This document shows positions 18,204 to 27,774 of a stretch of 64,000 bases of DNA, piece after piece. This DNA is from an uncultured Ignavibacteria bacterium. GTDB lineage: Bacteria > Zixibacteria > MSB-5A5 > CAIYYT01. The position numbers were made by a program, and so were the translations under genes. Location: NCBI GenBank assembly GCA_964537215.1, contig CAZIBI010000018.1, positions 16,122-80,121 of the forward strand, given 5' to 3'. Within the stretch, counting starts at the first letter, position 1. The number at the start of each line of letters is the position of its first letter. The notes below the pieces were generated by a model that searched no databases, was not told where the DNA came from, and saw only the letters and a program-made list of their open reading frames with translations.

Positions 18204-20420
18204 ATGAGACGATTAATGGGAAGACGGTTGCTCGCTATGAATAACATGAGAGAATTCCCATTGATGCGTCTAATTACGATTCTCATATTTGTCCTACTCC
18301 AGACAGTCTTCACTGCAAACGGTCTACTCGCAATTCAACTCTCCGGAACAATTGTTTCGGCAGATTCACGCGAGCCGGTGGTCGAAGCAAACGTCCTCGT
18401 TGAAGAGCTTGATCTCAAACTGCGCTCGGAACTTGACGGTCGATACCGAATTAATCTCGACAGACCGGGCACTTACCGCTTGAATATCACCCATGTGAGC
18501 TTCGAGAAGAAAGTCCTCGACATCAGCATCGGCAGCAATGATACAACGATCGTAATCGTGCTGTCGCCGCGGACCTATATCTACGACGAGGTCGTTGTGA
18601 CGGGAACGCGTACGCCGTATTTGCTCAAAGATGTTCCGGTGACGACGGAGGTTATCCGCACCGAGGATGCGATTCAGACCGGCGCTACGACGGTCGACCA
18701 GGCGCTGAACTCGGCGGTTGGAATCAATATCGACAACAACTTTTCCGGAAGCGGCGCTTCGTTGCGGGGTATCGATCCGACGCGTGTGTTAATTCTGGTC
18801 GATGGGGAGAAAATGGTCGGGCGAGTGCGCGGGGCGATTGATCTGGCGCAAATCTCGCTCGCCAATGTCGAGAAGATTGAAGTTGTCAAGGGTGTCGGCT
18901 CGACGCTTTACGGCAGCGACGCGATTGGCGGGGTGATCAACATTATCACGCGCAAGCCCACGCAATTGCGGCTGTACAGTTCCGGCGAGTACGGAACCTA
19001 CAACACTTACGCGCAGAATCTTGATCTCGAAACCAAGCACGGGAATTGGGGACTGCAGATCGGTTCGCGCTTCGACCGCACTGACGGATTCGATCTCGAC
19101 AAATCAACGCCGCACACGAACGGAATGGAGCGGATTAAGCGCTTCAATCTCGACAGCAAGATCACGCGCAAGTTGTCCAAGGCTTTTGATCTGACGCTGA
19201 ACGGCAACTTTTTCCGCGAGCGCAAGAATTGGATTGAGTCGGAATACATCGATCCGTTTACCTACACGTTTGACGATGAAGAAAACAACTATCGGTATTC
19301 AGCGGGAAGCAAACTGAATTTCCAGCCCAGCCCGCGGACGCTGGTGGATTTCAATATTTACGGAACCTATTACGACCACCTGTGGGAGAAATTCACCGCC
19401 AGCGGCAATCTGTCCGACAAGTCGCGCACCGAGGACTATCTCGGCGAGGCTTCGGTCAATGCGACGCACAGTTACGCCGAGGGCCATGTCATTACGATGG
19501 GCGGCGACTACGTGGCGCAGTCGCTCAAATCAGTGGAGATCGACGGCGGCAAGCGGGACGTGTCCAGCGGCGACCTGTACATGCAATACGAGTGGAAGCC
19601 GGTCGAGAACTTCACGGTGTTGCCGGGGATTCGGCTGGAAGAACATTCGACTTTTGGTGAACATGTCAACGCGTCGATCAACCTGATGTACAATCCGCAT
19701 CCACGCTTGCGCATTCGCGGTTTTCATGGCGGTGGATTTCGCGCGCCTTCAATCAAGGAATTGTATTTCCGGTTCGACCACTCGGCGGCTGGATATATCG
19801 TGGTTGGCGGCGGGGTAGATCTGCGGCCGGAAAAGTCGCGCAACAGTTCAGTGTCGCTTGAGTACAGCTACGAGGGGATCGGCCTGCATCGCGTGACGTT
19901 TTTCTACAACGACATCAATGACATGATCGAATTCAACCTGACGGGATTTTCGCCGACTTATTGGCGCGGTATCTACAAATACGAGAATGTTTTCAAGGCC
20001 TACACGCGCGGAATCGAATGGCAGAGCGAGATCAAGGTCAATCATCATATCGACTTCTCGCTGTCTTATACCTGGCTGACCGCGAAAAATCGCGAGACCG
20101 GGCACTGGCTGCTGAATCGTCCCGAGCATTCGCTCAAGCTGCTGCAGTCGCTGCATTTCGACAAGGCGGGGTTGATCATCACTGCGTGGGCGAGCTGGTA
20201 CTCGGGCAAACTCTGGGTGCCGCTGGGCGAGCAAAATAATTTCGAATCGGACATCTGGGCGCCGACGCGTCGCGATGTCAATTTGAGCGTGTCACAACGC
20301 GTGTGGAAGAATGTCGAGGTATTCGCGCGCGGCGAGAACTTGACCGATGACGTCGAGGTCGATTTCGGCTACTGGCCGGGGCGGACCTTCTACGCCGGAG
20401 TTCGTTGGAATGGAAAATAA
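18204..20420 (+). CDS. TonB-dependent outer-membrane receptor with N-terminal carboxypeptidase-regulatory-like domain (HmuR-like by context)
   Basis: 738 aa. Signal peptide probably starts from the internal Met at 18264 ('MRLITILIFVLLQTVFTANG'). A CarbopepD_reg-like segment (LSGTIVSADSREPVVEANVLV...GRYRINL) is followed by a plug ('VVVTGTRTPYLLKDVPVTTEVI') and a 22-strand barrel. Followed by an HmuY-like lipoprotein gene. Confidence 0.85.
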   Translation: MRRLMGRRLLAMNNMREFPLMRLITILIFVLLQTVFTANGLLAIQLSGTIVSADSREPVVEANVLVEELDLKLRSELDGRYRINLDRPGTYRLNITHVSFEKKVLDISIGSNDTTIVIVLSPRTYIYDEVVVTGTRTPYLLKDVPVTTEVIRTEDAIQTGATTVDQALNSAVGINIDNNFSGSGASLRGIDPTRVLILVDGEKMVGRVRGAIDLAQISLANVEKIEVVKGVGSTLYGSDAIGGVINIITRKPTQLRLYSSGEYGTYNTYAQNLDLETKHGNWGLQIGSRFDRTDGFDLDKSTPHTNGMERIKRFNLDSKITRKLSKAFDLTLNGNFFRERKNWIESEYIDPFTYTFDDEENNYRYSAGSKLNFQPSPRTLVDFNIYGTYYDHLWEKFTASGNLSDKSRTEDYLGEASVNATHSYAEGHVITMGGDYVAQSLKSVEIDGGKRDVSSGDLYMQYEWKPVENFTVLPGIRLEEHSTFGEHVNASINLMYNPHPRLRIRGFHGGGFRAPSIKELYFRFDHSAAGYIVVGGGVDLRPEKSRNSSVSLEYSYEGIGLHRVTFFYNDINDMIEFNLTGFSPTYWRGIYKYENVFKAYTRGIEWQSEIKVNHHIDFSLSYTWLTAKNRETGHWLLNRPEHSLKLLQSLHFDKAGLIITAWASWYSGKLWVPLGEQNNFESDIWAPTRRDVNLSVSQRVWKNVEVFARGENLTDDVEVDFGYWPGRTFYAGVRWNGK

Positions 20421-20457
20421 AATTACGAAACAACATAACTATAGAAAGGAAGCACTG

Positions 20458-21546
20458 ATGAGGTACTTCAAATTATTAGCGGGCATTGCGATTTTGGCGG
20501 CGGCGCTGGTTGGCTGCTCAAATGATGACAATGGGACGGGGCCGAACCAACCTGACAATACGGCGTCAACGACGTGGGATGGCGTCGGCAAGTTCTGGGT
20601 TACTAAGTTAAACGCTAGCGCCGTATTGACCAGCGACTACGCGTATTATAGCTTTGCGAAGCGGGACACTGTGTCTTTAACGGATGCAGAAGCCAAGACT
20701 TCCAATAGCTGGGACATCGCCTTCAAGAAGAGTTACATCAAGACCAACGGCGGAAAATCCGGTCCCGGGGATGCGAAGGGTGTGGACTTGGTCACTGCCG
20801 GAATCGTTGCAGAAGACCAGTTTGAAGATGTCGACACGGCAGAACTCAACGCTGTGGAAGCATCGGATTGGATGTCCGATGGCTACGATTTTGCCCTCGA
20901 CAGTCTGTGGAACTACAATCAAGCTACGCACCAGCTTAGTCCGAAGCAGTACGTGTACATACTGTCTGATGCAATGGGTAATATGGTGAAATTCCAGTTG
21001 CTGAATACAATTGGGGGCGGCGCACCGCCACAACAGGGCAAAATGGTCATCAAATATTTCTATCAGCCGATAGTCAGTTCTTCGAGCGTAGCCGGCGACG
21101 CTGAAGTTGATACCATCGATGCTCCGGGTGGATTCTATTTTGATTTCTCAAGCGGTCAAGTCGTAACACCTGCCGATCCGGCGAATTCGACTGACTGGGA
21201 TATCAGAGTTTACTCATACGACATCTATCTGAACGGATCAATTTTTGGTCCCGGTCTCGGCGCTGGGTTCCCGGTTTATGACGGACTCGTCGACAAGACG
21301 GATTTCGATGCCGTCGCGAGCGTCAACCAATTTGGCCCGCCGCGCTGGGTACTCGATGAAAGCCAGTCGGCCTTCACGGTGTCGGATTGGTACAATTACA
21401 ATTTTGCAAATCACCAATTGACGTCGAAGAAACACACCTATCTCGTGCAAGTTGGCGGCAAAAGCTACAAGGTCTTCATTGTGACCTATTACGACCAAGA
21501 CACGCAAGCGAGCGGCCACTATACGATCAACTGGGTTGAACTATAG
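20458..21546 (+). CDS. Lipoprotein with two tandem HmuY-like (heme-binding) domains
   Basis: SD AAAGGAAG upstream of the ATG at 20458; the track start at 20347 overlaps the receptor gene and was rejected. Lipobox 'LVGCSN'. Two repeats, 'SNSWDIAFKKSYIKTNGGKSGPG' and 'STDWDIRVYSYDIYLNGSIFGPG', resemble the core 'WDMALHRYDVRLNCGESGKG' segment of Porphyromonas HmuY. Confidence 0.6.
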   Translation: MRYFKLLAGIAILAAALVGCSNDDNGTGPNQPDNTASTTWDGVGKFWVTKLNASAVLTSDYAYYSFAKRDTVSLTDAEAKTSNSWDIAFKKSYIKTNGGKSGPGDAKGVDLVTAGIVAEDQFEDVDTAELNAVEASDWMSDGYDFALDSLWNYNQATHQLSPKQYVYILSDAMGNMVKFQLLNTIGGGAPPQQGKMVIKYFYQPIVSSSSVAGDAEVDTIDAPGGFYFDFSSGQVVTPADPANSTDWDIRVYSYDIYLNGSIFGPGLGAGFPVYDGLVDKTDFDAVASVNQFGPPRWVLDESQSAFTVSDWYNYNFANHQLTSKKHTYLVQVGGKSYKVFIVTYYDQDTQASGHYTINWVEL

Positions 21547-21564
21547 ACGGCTGGGTATCCATAT

Positions 21565-21610
21565 CAAAAACAAAACGCGGCGGATGCTACCATCTGCCGC
21601 GTTTTCATTT
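21565..21610. terminator. Bidirectional terminator between HmuY-like gene (+) and FKBP gene (-)
   Basis: AAAAACAAAACGCGGCGG-atgctaccatct-GCCGCGTT-TTCATTTG: a hairpin with an A-run on one side and a T-run on the other. Confidence 0.55.
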
Positions 21611-21640
21611 GTGCGAAACTATTCTATTCGTGATGAAGCG

Positions 21641-22075
21641 CTACGCAGCTACGATCTCAACCAACTCAATGTCAAAAACCAAATCTTCGCCAGCCAAAGG
21701 ATGATTGGCGTCAAGCGTAACCAAAGTGCCTTCGACCTTGGTGACCGCGACATTGACCATCGATCCGTCGGGCTGCTCCATGCGCAGATTCAAACCAACC
21801 ACGGGCTCGATCTCGGGTGGAAACTCCGAGCGTTCGACCTCGATGACCAACCCCGGTTTGCGCGGGCCATAGGCGTCCGCCACCGGAACCGTGACGCTGG
21901 TCTTGGCACCGATGACCATTCCCAAAACGGCGCGGTCGAAACCGGCGATGACTTGCTCGGAGCCGACAATAAACTCAAGCGGATCATTGCCGACCGAACT
22001 GTCGAAAACGGTGCCATCGGTGAGCTTGCCGGTGTAGTGAACGCGGACGGTGTCGCCTTTTTGGGCTGCGGCCAT
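21641..22075 (-). CDS. FKBP-type peptidyl-prolyl cis-trans isomerase (SlyD/SlpA-like, no His-rich tail)
   Basis: SD GAGAGGAG upstream of the ATG at 22075. 'GDTVRVHYTGKLTDGTVFDSS...PLEFIVGSEQVIAGFDRAVLGM' is the FKBP domain. An IF (insert-in-flap) domain follows. 144 aa. Confidence 0.8.
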   Translation of the reverse strand: MAAAQKGDTVRVHYTGKLTDGTVFDSSVGNDPLEFIVGSEQVIAGFDRAVLGMVIGAKTSVTVPVADAYGPRKPGLVIEVERSEFPPEIEPVVGLNLRMEQPDGSMVNVAVTKVEGTLVTLDANHPLAGEDLVFDIELVEIVAA

Positions 22076-22290
22076 GTGGGGCTCCTCTCGGGATATTGTT
22101 AGCACGTAGCCGAGAGGTGCCCGAATACGCAGATTAAGTGCAAAAAATTCCGCGTCCATAATATGATTTCAGCGGCATTTGTCAATTATTCTTGCGGGGT
22201 AATTGAGTCGCAGGAAGAACGCGGACAAAAACGTCCAGTCATGCCAGATTGAAGCAACTCCTTGCGGCAGGCATCGTAATGTAATATCAA

Positions 22291-22992
22291 ATGGCTATGA
22301 GTGAATCGTGGATTGTGACCTCCGGGCTGTGCCGATATTACCAGCGCGGACCGCAAGAAATTCGCGCCGTGGACAGTGTTGATCTCAACATCGCCCGCGG
22401 CGAATTTGTCGGGATTGTCGGATCCTCCGGCTCGGGCAAATCGACGCTGCTGAATCTTCTCGCCGGACTGGATACGCCCAGTTCCGGTAAGATCGAAATC
22501 GGCTCCATTGCGTTGAGTTCGTTAAGCCGCCGCGAACTTGCCGGTTACCGTGCGCGTCGCGTGGGGATGATTTTCCAGACCTTTAATTTACTCGCACATC
22601 ACACGGCGCTGCGCAATGTCGAAGTCGCTCTGTATTTCAACGACACGCCGCACAGTGAACGCCGCCCGCGAGCGGTTGAAATCCTCAACCGCTTGGGAAT
22701 GGGCGACAGGCTCGATCATCGTCCGGCCAGCCTCTCCGGCGGCGAGCAGCAGCGTGTGGCAATTGCGCGCGCCTTGGTCAAACGTCCGGAAGTAATCTTC
22801 GCCGACGAGCCGACGGGAAATCTCGATTACGAAAACGCGCGGCAGATCGCCGAACTGCTGACAGATTTCAACAAAGAGGGTCTGACGGTCGTGATGGTGT
22901 CTCATGACTTGGAATTGGCGCGCAGCATCTGTACCCGAATCGTGAAAATGCACTATGGCCGCGTGGTCGAAGATTCCGAGGTTGCCCGGTGA
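22291..22992 (+). CDS. ABC transporter ATP-binding protein (LolD/MacB/FtsE-like)
   Basis: Walker A 'GSSGSGKST', signature '[15 protein letters not shown]', Walker B 'IFADEPT'. 4 nt overlap with the downstream FtsX-type permease gene. Confidence 0.85.
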   Translation: MAMSESWIVTSGLCRYYQRGPQEIRAVDSVDLNIARGEFVGIVGSSGSGKSTLLNLLAGLDTPSSGKIEIGSIALSSLSRRELAGYRARRVGMIFQTFNLLAHHTALRNVEVALYFNDTPHSERRPRAVEILNRLGMGDRLDHRPASLSGGEQQRVAIARALVKRPEVIFADEPTGNLDYENARQIAELLTDFNKEGLTVVMVSHDLELARSICTRIVKMHYGRVVEDSEVAR

Positions 22993-24452
22993 CCAGCTAT
23001 GATCTGATTACCGCCGCGGCGGAGAATCTCTGGCGCATGAAACTGCGCTCGTTCCTGACGATCTCCGGCGTGGTGATTGCGATCGCCGCGTTTGTCTCGA
23101 TGTTATCCTTCGGCGCCGGAAATCAGAAATATGTCAGCAATCAATTCGAAAACTTCGGGCTGCTCTCAACGATGCAGGTCTATCCGCGCGACATCGACGT
23201 CGACAAGGACTCGAGCAGCGCGCCGCTGTTGAACGATTCAGCGTTGGCAATACTATCGAAGATACCGGGCGTGAGGCTGGCGTATCCTTTAGAAGCTTTC
23301 GAGGTCACTGCCCGGCTCGGCGACAGCACAGCGACTTTGAATGCGCAGGCAATATCGGCCGACGTTTCGCAAACGAAGGCGCTGTCGCAGTTCGTTGCGG
23401 GCGGGCGTTTTGAAAGCGACAGCGCGCTGCAGGTGGTTGTCACGCGCGATTTTCTTAAACGCGTCGGGATTGCGGAACCGGATTCGATCATTGGAAAGAA
23501 ACTCGCGGTGACCGCCAAGTTGATTCGCATCGACAGCGCGTTTGTGGCGATCATTAAAGATAAAGACGGCTCGCTGCGCAAGCGCATGAAGGCATTGGAG
23601 CTTGATTCAGTTTTCGAGGGCGACTACGCCAAGCGGGTATTGCGCCGTGAAGCTACCGAAGCGATTCGCCGCTTTCTCGACGGGTTGATGAACGCGCGCG
23701 AAACGGTCACCGAATCGCTGACCGTTACCGGTGTGCTCGCAGGCAGCCGCGAAGGCCCGATGCGCATCGAGCAAGTAATCGTGCCGATGGCGGCAGCGCG
23801 GAGGTTGAACGCGGGCGATTTTACATTTACTCCGTCGACCTTGCTGCGGGCGATGGATGCCGGCGCGCTGCCGGACATTTTCGCGGAGAGTAACGTTAAG
23901 ACATACCCCAAGGTGACGCTTGACCTTGATCCGCATGTGCCGTTTGCGGGCATTCGCGACTCGATCAAGGCATTGGGATTTGAGCCGCGCAGTTTCGCCG
24001 AGCAATTCGAAGAGATTCAAAAGATGTTTATCTACTTCGACATGGCGCTCGGCCTAATCGGATTGATCGCGCTGGTGACGGCTTCGCTGGGCATCGCGAA
24101 CACGATGATCATGTCGATTCTCGAACGCCGCCGCGAAATCGGTGTGCTCAAGGCGCTGGGCGCCGACGATTCCGATATCCGGCGAATATTTCTCTACGAA
24201 GCTGCAGCGATCGGAACTGCCGGAGCAGCGCTCGGAATCGTGTTTGGCTGGCTGATCGCGCGGGCAGCATCGTTTGTGGCGCAGGGATTCATGCGCCGCG
24301 AGGGGATAGAACCTATCGAATTATTTGCGACGCCGTGGTGGTTGATTGGAATTGCGTTGGGATTTGGAATAGTTGTAAGTCTCTTGGCCGGCTATTATCC
24401 GGCACGACGCGCCGCGCGGCTCGACCCGGTCGAGTCGTTGCGAAATGAGTAA
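22989..24452 (+). CDS. ABC transporter permease, FtsX/MacB/LolCE family
   Basis: 487 aa. N-terminal TM helix, a large periplasmic domain, then a C-terminal 3-TM FtsX domain containing 'ILERRREIGVLKALGA'. Confidence 0.8.
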   Translation: MTSYDLITAAAENLWRMKLRSFLTISGVVIAIAAFVSMLSFGAGNQKYVSNQFENFGLLSTMQVYPRDIDVDKDSSSAPLLNDSALAILSKIPGVRLAYPLEAFEVTARLGDSTATLNAQAISADVSQTKALSQFVAGGRFESDSALQVVVTRDFLKRVGIAEPDSIIGKKLAVTAKLIRIDSAFVAIIKDKDGSLRKRMKALELDSVFEGDYAKRVLRREATEAIRRFLDGLMNARETVTESLTVTGVLAGSREGPMRIEQVIVPMAAARRLNAGDFTFTPSTLLRAMDAGALPDIFAESNVKTYPKVTLDLDPHVPFAGIRDSIKALGFEPRSFAEQFEEIQKMFIYFDMALGLIGLIALVTASLGIANTMIMSILERRREIGVLKALGADDSDIRRIFLYEAAAIGTAGAALGIVFGWLIARAASFVAQGFMRREGIEPIELFATPWWLIGIALGFGIVVSLLAGYYPARRAARLDPVESLRNE

Positions 24453-24456
24453 ATAC

Positions 24457-24484
24457 AACCCCCTAACCCCCTTTGCTAAGGGGG
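24457..24484. repeat. 28 nt element AACCCCCTAACCCCCTTTGCTAAGGGGG (copy 1 of 2, identical copy at 51218-51245)
   Basis: Exact 28/28 match to 51218-51245. Contains the hairpin CCCCC-tttgctaa-GGGGG. Lies in the 55 nt gap between convergent genes. Confidence 0.5.
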
Positions 24485-24507
24485 TATCGAGCGGACAGAC
24501 ACAGCGA

Positions 24508-25839
24508 TTATTTCGCTGCTGCGCCGCCGCCCCAGATGCCGATATCGGAGCGGCTGCCGTCCAAGTCGGTCAGCACCGAATCACCGGCATTAATCAATGG
24601 CGATATCTGCAACAGGCGGAAAGTAATCGTATCCATAAACATCGGATTGACCGAGAGGTTGCCGAACTTGCCGGTCAGGTCGGCGATCTCCTGATAGTTT
24701 GCCGCCCACTTGATATCCTTGCCTTTTTCCGTTGTCGGAGCGGCGCGTTCGGCGGCGATGATTTCCGGATCGACATAGATGTTGTTATTCGCGATCACAA
24801 AATCGTTCGGATTGCCAAGCATCCAAACGCCGACGCAGGGACAAACCCACATCGCCCGCCAGCCATTATTGTAAACAATATTATTCATGAACACACCGCG
24901 CGGACCGAGCTTGAGCGTCCGGTCGCCCCAATTCGCAAAACCGCAATTGCCGTTGCGATAGATCAGATTGTTGGTGGCTTCCATAAATGACTCGCCGGTC
25001 GCGATCATGCCCCAGCCGAGGCAATCTTGCACGATGTTGTTGCGCGCGACGACGCGTGAAGTCCCGAACGAGCCGATGCCTTTCCAGAAATCGCTGACAC
25101 GGTTGCGCAGGATGGTGGCTTGCGCGTCCCAGGTGACGCCGATACCGGCGCCGCGGCCCTTGCTGATGACATTGTCGGCGATGAACGCTTTGGCGCCGCG
25201 ATAGAGCGCGATGCCGTCCCAGCCGCCGTTGATGATCCGGTTATTCATGATGAACAATTCGGAGCCTTCACGAACGAATATCCCGCCGACGCCGACGATT
25301 ACGGTCGTGTCGCGGTTGTCGTTGTTGATGATTTCGCAATTGCGCACGGTCAAGCGGGAGAACTTGGCGACGATTGCGGCGTCGGTGGCGTTGCCGTCGC
25401 GGTCGCGAACGGCGCCGGTGATGCGGACATTTTCGATACTCGAACCCCAGCTATTCATGAACAGCACGCCGTAGCCAGCGCCGGTGACCAAAGTCACCGA
25501 GTCGCTGCTGGAGCCCTCGATGGTGAGCGCTTTGTCTTTTATCACATAGCCATAGGAAGCTTCGACCGGAGTTGCGGGCTCGAGGCAATTCCCGCAGAGT
25601 TCTTCCGTGAACTTGGTCCCGGTGGCAGTGTAGGTACCGTTGAGTAGAACGATCTTGTCGCCGGTTTGGGCGGAATCGATGGCAACTTGAAGCCCCGTAA
25701 AGGGCGAGCGGAACGAGCCGTCGCCGCCGGGTTCGGCGTCGGCTTTGACAAAGATTGTGTTACTTGCTGGTTGGTATTGCGGGGCGCAGGCCAATGCCAG
25801 GGCGCCGAAAATCATCAGAATTATTATCAAAAAACGCAC
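24508..25839 (-). CDS. Secreted right-handed parallel beta-helix repeat protein (pectate-lyase/NosD-like fold)
   Basis: Signal peptide with 'LALACAP'. Many 'N.I..N' / 'GI.V' beta-helix repeats: 'NCEIINNDNRDTTVIVGVGGIFV', 'NNRIINGGWDGIALY', 'DNVISKGRGAGIGV', 'RNNIVQDCLGWGMIA', 'NNLIYRNGNCGFA', 'NNIVYNNGWRAMWV'. Confidence 0.7.
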   Translation of the reverse strand: MRFLIIILMIFGALALACAPQYQPASNTIFVKADAEPGGDGSFRSPFTGLQVAIDSAQTGDKIVLLNGTYTATGTKFTEELCGNCLEPATPVEASYGYVIKDKALTIEGSSSDSVTLVTGAGYGVLFMNSWGSSIENVRITGAVRDRDGNATDAAIVAKFSRLTVRNCEIINNDNRDTTVIVGVGGIFVREGSELFIMNNRIINGGWDGIALYRGAKAFIADNVISKGRGAGIGVTWDAQATILRNRVSDFWKGIGSFGTSRVVARNNIVQDCLGWGMIATGESFMEATNNLIYRNGNCGFANWGDRTLKLGPRGVFMNNIVYNNGWRAMWVCPCVGVWMLGNPNDFVIANNNIYVDPEIIAAERAAPTTEKGKDIKWAANYQEIADLTGKFGNLSVNPMFMDTITFRLLQISPLINAGDSVLTDLDGSRSDIGIWGGGAAAK

Positions 25840-25887
25840 GAGTCCTCCACTTGCGAGATTGATTTAAACTATATAAGTTTGCCGCTG

Positions 25888-26445
25888 ATGAACAGGAAAA
25901 AAAGCAGTACGGCCACGTTGCCGACTAACTTAAGCTTGTTCGAACAGTCGTTTCTGGTGCAGCCGGCCAGATCGGAGCAGCCCAGCAACGGGTTACTGCC
26001 AACAGTCGACGAGCTATACGCGCGCTTCCATCATTTTAACGTCAAGTACTTTGCCGGTAAACTGCCGACGCCGCGGATACGCTATTCGTCGCGGATGCTT
26101 TGCGCCGGGCAGTATATCCGCAGCCGCGTCGAAATCGTGCTGTCGAGCAAATATCACGAGTTGTTCCCCGAGGATGTCGACGACACCCTCAAGCACGAAA
26201 TGATTCATATCATCCATTTCAACCACAATGCCGACTTTAAGCGCGAGGCGCAGCGCATTGGGGCTTCCGTCAAGGCGAAAGCGCATTCGCAATTGCGGCT
26301 GCCGGCGCGCTATGTCTATCTCTGCAAAGCCTGCAAGACCGAATATCCGCGCCGCAAGCGGTTAATATCGGCCTCGTGCGGCAAGTGTTCGCCCTCCCGA
26401 TTTGATCCACGATTTAAGTTGTCGTTGAAGAAGAAGCTGAAGTAG
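25888..26445 (+). CDS. SprT-like zinc metallopeptidase-domain protein with C-terminal zinc ribbon
   Basis: ATG at 25888; the track start at 25666 overlaps the upstream gene. HExxH motif 'HEMIHIIH' in a SprT-like context ('YFAGKLPTPRIRYSSRMLCAGQY'). C-terminal 'CKACKTEYPRRKRLISASCGKC' zinc ribbon. Confidence 0.7.
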   Translation: MNRKKSSTATLPTNLSLFEQSFLVQPARSEQPSNGLLPTVDELYARFHHFNVKYFAGKLPTPRIRYSSRMLCAGQYIRSRVEIVLSSKYHELFPEDVDDTLKHEMIHIIHFNHNADFKREAQRIGASVKAKAHSQLRLPARYVYLCKACKTEYPRRKRLISASCGKCSPSRFDPRFKLSLKKKLK

Positions 26446-26653
26446 CAAGCAGACTACGCAGCTTCGATTTGTCGGGGTTCTGTGTTTGCACTAAATTATA
26501 CTTGACAAACATGGACTAAAAGCTGATGTTTATCGTAATCTTAATTTAGTCCGACTATTCAAAGGGCCGCCGAGCAGACCCGAAGGCTAGGAATATTATG
26601 GCAGATTTACTGGAAACAGTAACAAACCCAATTCACTAAAGGAGGAACTCTAT

Positions 26654-27202
26654 GTGAAAAAGCTCATCTTGATTTTCAGTATCTGCACGTTTGCGTGGCT
26701 GGGCATCGCCGGCTGCGGTGATGATGATTGTCCGACGTGTCCGGAGCCGCCGAACAACGGACACTATAGCGGCTTGGCGTATCTGTCGGAGCAATTTGGT
26801 TTCAAGGGATTCTACACATACGACACTGACTCCGGCGCAATCGTAGATAGTACCATGCAGCTCGGCTACGCGGCGGGCACTTCTGTCAATGACTTGACTG
26901 CCGACGGGAAGTACCTGTCTGTCTGGTATGGGGATACGTTGGGAATTGAGACAAGGATCTATGAAACGGCGACGATGCGGGTGGTGCACGTCTTGTCTAA
27001 CATTGCCATAAGCAACTTCACGGAGGACGGTAAGTTTCTTATCGGCAACCGGGGCCGCGCGGTTTCCAAGTTTCTCGTGCCTTCATTCAACAAAGTTTTC
27101 GAGGACACTATCATTGATGATGACGCCCGTTATCGGGTTCATAGTCCGAACCGTTCAATTTTTGCTGTCGCCGGAAACTACAAGATCTATCAGATATCTT
27201 AA
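26654..27202 (+). CDS. Lipoprotein, N-terminal half of a YVTN-type beta-propeller (ends at in-frame TAA 27200-27202)
   Basis: GTG start 6 nt after SD AAAGGAGGAA. Lipobox 'IAGCG'. Beta-propeller blade-like segments 'DGKYLSVWYGDT', 'DGKFLIGNRG'. Same reading frame as 27209-27760. Confidence 0.55.
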   Translation: MKKLILIFSICTFAWLGIAGCGDDDCPTCPEPPNNGHYSGLAYLSEQFGFKGFYTYDTDSGAIVDSTMQLGYAAGTSVNDLTADGKYLSVWYGDTLGIETRIYETATMRVVHVLSNIAISNFTEDGKFLIGNRGRAVSKFLVPSFNKVFEDTIIDDDARYRVHSPNRSIFAVAGNYKIYQIS

Positions 27203-27208
27203 GATTCA

Positions 27209-27760
27209 ATGAAGATCGTCCATCAATGGACTCCAGTCGATGAACAGGGCATTCCGATTTTCATGGTTCATTTCGACGTCCATCCAAACGGAAATCTCCT
27301 CTATTCTGTCGGATCTTCCGGCTCAACGCGCTTCTTTGTTTATGATTTGACCAATAGCCGATTGATCGCGTCGTTTCCGCTGGTGAGTTACTGGGGCGAC
27401 TTGAGGGTCAATCCCGACGGCAGTGAGGTTTGGGTAACTGATCCGGGCCGAGTTGAAATTCCTTTTGCGCCGCCGGATGTGGGGACAGTCTTTATTTTTG
27501 ACGCCTATACGGGCGCACATTCTGGAGGAATTTCGCTCTACGGATACATCGCCGATGATCCGGCCGAGCCGTTGGATGCTAAAAGGGTGGATTTCTCACC
27601 GGATGGAAAAGAGGCCTATATTACTACGGGGGCACTCGGACCGCGGGAGAATCTGGGTACGATTCTTAGATTCGACGCACGTTCGCGAAAATTGATTTCC
27701 AACATATTTCCAAACATTGACCGCTCTCCCCACGGCGTTGTCGTGGGGCCACGGCCGTAA
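27209..27760 (+). CDS. C-terminal half of YVTN-type beta-propeller (continues the frame of 26654-27202 after a single TAA plus two sense codons)
   Basis: Same frame as the upstream ORF, and no SD before its ATG. Blade-like segments 'NGNLLYSVGSSGSTRFFVYDL', 'DGSEVWVTDPG', 'DGKEAYITTG'. The two halves together (~369 aa) are the size of a 7-bladed propeller. Confidence 0.5.
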   Translation: MKIVHQWTPVDEQGIPIFMVHFDVHPNGNLLYSVGSSGSTRFFVYDLTNSRLIASFPLVSYWGDLRVNPDGSEVWVTDPGRVEIPFAPPDVGTVFIFDAYTGAHSGGISLYGYIADDPAEPLDAKRVDFSPDGKEAYITTGALGPRENLGTILRFDARSRKLISNIFPNIDRSPHGVVVGPRP

Positions 27761-27774
27761 AGTGGAGGCAATGT

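Noticed and set aside
24445-24990. 181 aa plus-strand ORF overlapping the beta-helix gene
   Set aside because: It is antisense to a well-supported secreted beta-helix CDS. No SD, no domain.
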